A stretch of DNA of 64,000 nt, from the NCBI GenBank assembly GCA_965153285.1, contig OZ229111.1, one strand, 5' to 3'. Each line of letters opens with the position of its first letter. The stretch's first letter is position 1. This stretch comes from Podarcis tiliguerta (lineage: Eukaryota). Positions 61,203-64,000 of the stretch are shown here, in pieces. The notes under the pieces are model-generated. The model did no database searches, had not been told where the DNA came from, and saw only the letters and a program-made list of their open reading frames with translations. The translations under genes and the position numbers were made by a program.

Positions 61203-62082
61203 GTTAAGATCATACTGCACATTACATCCATTGGTTAGTTCCTTATAATTGCTGGTTACTGCCATGGGACCAACTGGTTTGTGATGCAATTCTGTTTCTT
61301 TTCAGAAGCAAAACCTAGAATTTAAACTCCACAAAAATGTTAACAACAAAAGGTCAAATCTGTTCTCAAGGACATTGAATTTTGGTGGAATAAAGTTGAG
61401 CAAATGAAATTGATCTTGTGTTTATTCTGATTCTGCCAATGTTTTGAAGTTACAGTGAATGGAAACCTAGGACCAAAATAATAGAACCATAGAATTATTA
61501 ATGATTCATTGTCAATAATCCTAATTGTTTTCTGCATGTGTAGTCTGCATGGTCAAAACCTGCATGTATCTAAGCAGGCAATGGATAGTTACTTGAAAAA
61601 AATCCTGAGATTTTTGATGCACTTCTTAGCACAGGGTATGGGCAAATCATTTTACTTGGAAAGAAAAATCTGTTGCTGTAGTTGACAATCACAGACCTGC
61701 TGTATCCCTCTTTGTTAAATTTGTGTCTCGCTTTCCCATCAAATGGTGCTCAGATGGTGAACTGGATGTATGTGGTCACTAATATGAAGCTGTATAAAAG
61801 TGGTAGTTTGTCATGTAAATTAGTTACCAAGATGCATTTTTTTCTCAGTACTGTCCTATAGTTCCAATTTTAGTTGGCTAAAATGCTGGTGTGCATGAAC
61901 CTGTTGCGTACTCCACAGCACAACCCAGGTTTTTCTCCATCCTTAGGCAAAACACAGCTTCCTTTGGAGCTGGAAGACAGACTTGAGCAGATTTATGTAA
62001 TTCCAGAGATGAGGAATTGGCCATTGTGTGTTTCTCTTTCCTAAAAGGATTTGCTGCAGCCTGAAATCTGAAAAGCCAACTT

Positions 62083-62185
62083 TCATCGGTCCTGGACAGT
62101 ATGGTCAATGGTCAGGGATGATGGCATAGCAATATCATCCTTGCAGTCTAGTAACATCTGGAGGGCCAAAGGTCCCCCACCTCTG
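62083..62185. mobile_element. Partial hAT-type MITE
   Basis: ggtcagggatgatgg...aacatctggagggccaaagg. Confidence 0.65.
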
Positions 62186-64000
62186 TGTTAGACAAATGTC
62201 CAGGGTGGTGGATGGTATAAATCACCCAATACTTTGATCCTTTGTGAGTTTATTTGGAAGCAATTCCTTCTGTGTTTAATGAGCTGACTTCCCAGTAAAC
62301 CTGTTTTAGTTAGGGCTGCAGGCCAACTGAGCTGCAAGTGACTTTACTTAAGTTTCCCTAATGTGAAAATGCCACCACCTACAGTGCAATCCTGGGCATG
62401 TTTACTTGGATGTATCCCCACCCCATCCCCAATTCAGTAGAAGGCCCATTTTGGGAATGCTAAAGCATGGTGTAGCGTTGCATCCTAATGCAGCCTCTTT
62501 CTCTTTCAATGATGAAAATAGTTCTGTGTCCCACTAATCCTGGGACTGGCAGGGGAATGTACAATATGAGTTTTGCTGTCCCAACGATTTATTGTTGCTT
62601 GGTTAGGACTTAGCAGGATGGGCGTAGGATTCTGTCACAAAGGTGGGATTTTTTTAAGGGAATGTAGAGAATTACAAAAGACTGGTATTATTTTCCAGAA
62701 AACATTCTCTTCCATGTGGAGGAGGATCTGATTCTTTCCCATATGTTTTAGAGGCTACTGCTCCACTCCTTTAGCAACATTATGTCTGGAGGGGATGGAA
62801 GGGAAGTATCACACATTTTGGAAAAAAATGCAATTCTTGTACTGAGCTCTTCTATGCATCACTGATACTGAAATTCCCACAGGAACATTAGACCTAATAT
62901 GCTGTAGGTTATAAACATAAAATTTTTGATGTCTACCACAATGTCCCACATTCCATCGACATTTATAAGGTGCAGATTTAATGGTTTTACCACTGTCCTC
63001 TTCTCCTTGGTTGCTTTGTTTGCCATCTAGCCTTGGAAACTTTGGATGCTATTTTGTGACATTTTGGTTCGCCTAATAAAGGTATTTTCCTAATACGGAT
63101 TTTGGATCCCCCCCCCATCAGCCCACATGGCTACCTTTGCTTTTTGATTGACTTTCCTATCACTTATAGTACAGAGTGGCAGGTAAGTTAGTTGATATAA
63201 TTTTTGTGCACATCTGAACAAACGAGGGGCTGCACAGTGCAGTTCCTAAAGTATTCTCCCTTGATTTCTCCCACGTATCACTTCAGGTACTTTTTTACAT
63301 CTGTGTATTTGTGTCTTATTAATTTTCTGGTTTTGAGGGCTTGTAGCACAACAGCCGATAAATGAATGTTCCAGAACCCTCAATTAGAAAGCAATCATTC
63401 TAAAATTCCAAGGGTATAGCATCTCCAGTGAGAATCCTTTCATTTTCTTGTATATAAGTGGCAGTTGGGAAAAATGGGTGCTAAAATAATGATGAAAGCC
63501 TTTGGCCTTAGAAAGTGCCATCTAAAATCAGACACTGGAGGTCACTGTAGCCCAAAGAAGAATAATGTGTAGAGCAGCTGCTGTAACTAAAATTCTCTTT
63601 CTCAAAATACCTTTCTAATAGTTGCACAAATTTGAATCTTTCTCCTAATTGTGGGTTAGCATAATAATAGTGGTGTGCACTAGAATTATCATGTTCAAGT
63701 AGACTAATTTTTTTTGCTATGTTTTCCCCAGTTGGTGTTAACGCCACATAGTTAACTTAAAGCATGAATTATATGAGAAGCACTTAGTAGAGTTACACAG
63801 ATATATGTACAATACCAGTTTATTACCTACACGTCCCATAGGCTAAGTTGGGACCAAAGTCCATTTCATTCCTTGACTGGAGACCAAGATGCTAAAAATA
63901 ATGGATGCCTGCTATTGTCAGACTAAGTCATCACCATAGCAGATGGTGCACTTCATTGTGGTTGCCCTATGCATAATGATAAAACTATTAATAGTAATAT

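Noticed and set aside
63170-63188. Possible 13-nt micro-exon (tag|...cag|gtaagt), and an isolated donor at 17562
   Set aside because: No partner exons or reading frame; such motifs occur by chance in 64 kb
1-64000. CRISPR arrays, operons, tRNA/rRNA genes, endogenous viral genes
   Set aside because: None seen. tRNA-like boxes belong to SINE heads, and no unexplained long ORF or regular repeat-spacer array is present.

Overview
Vertebrate genomic DNA, almost certainly a squamate. A full Sauria SINE plus Squam3-like, BovB, CR1, L2 and Penelope fragments point to a lacertid lizard. The window holds the conserved HNRNPA0-KLHL3 pair, both on the + strand. HNRNPA0 is intronless (CDS 4664-5581, 305 aa) in a CpG island. 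KLHL3 is complete: 15 GT-AG coding exons from 18150 to 55383, 1758 nt or 585 aa, with a probable ~5.6 kb 3'UTR. The rest is intron and intergenic DNA with LINE fragments, SINEs and Tc1/mariner- and hAT-type MITEs. I found no new multi-gene system. The best leads are: a minimal hammerhead ribozyme in a Penelope remnant (1459-1496, - strand); an inverted BovB insertion nested in a MITE; a strong-context in-frame CUG upstream of HNRNPA0; a cryptic 3'UTR splice acceptor in HNRNPA0; uORFs and a candidate alternative first exon for KLHL3; and an L2 tail abutting the last KLHL3 acceptor. Repeat family names come from recalled motifs, not a database search, and repeat boundaries are approximate.
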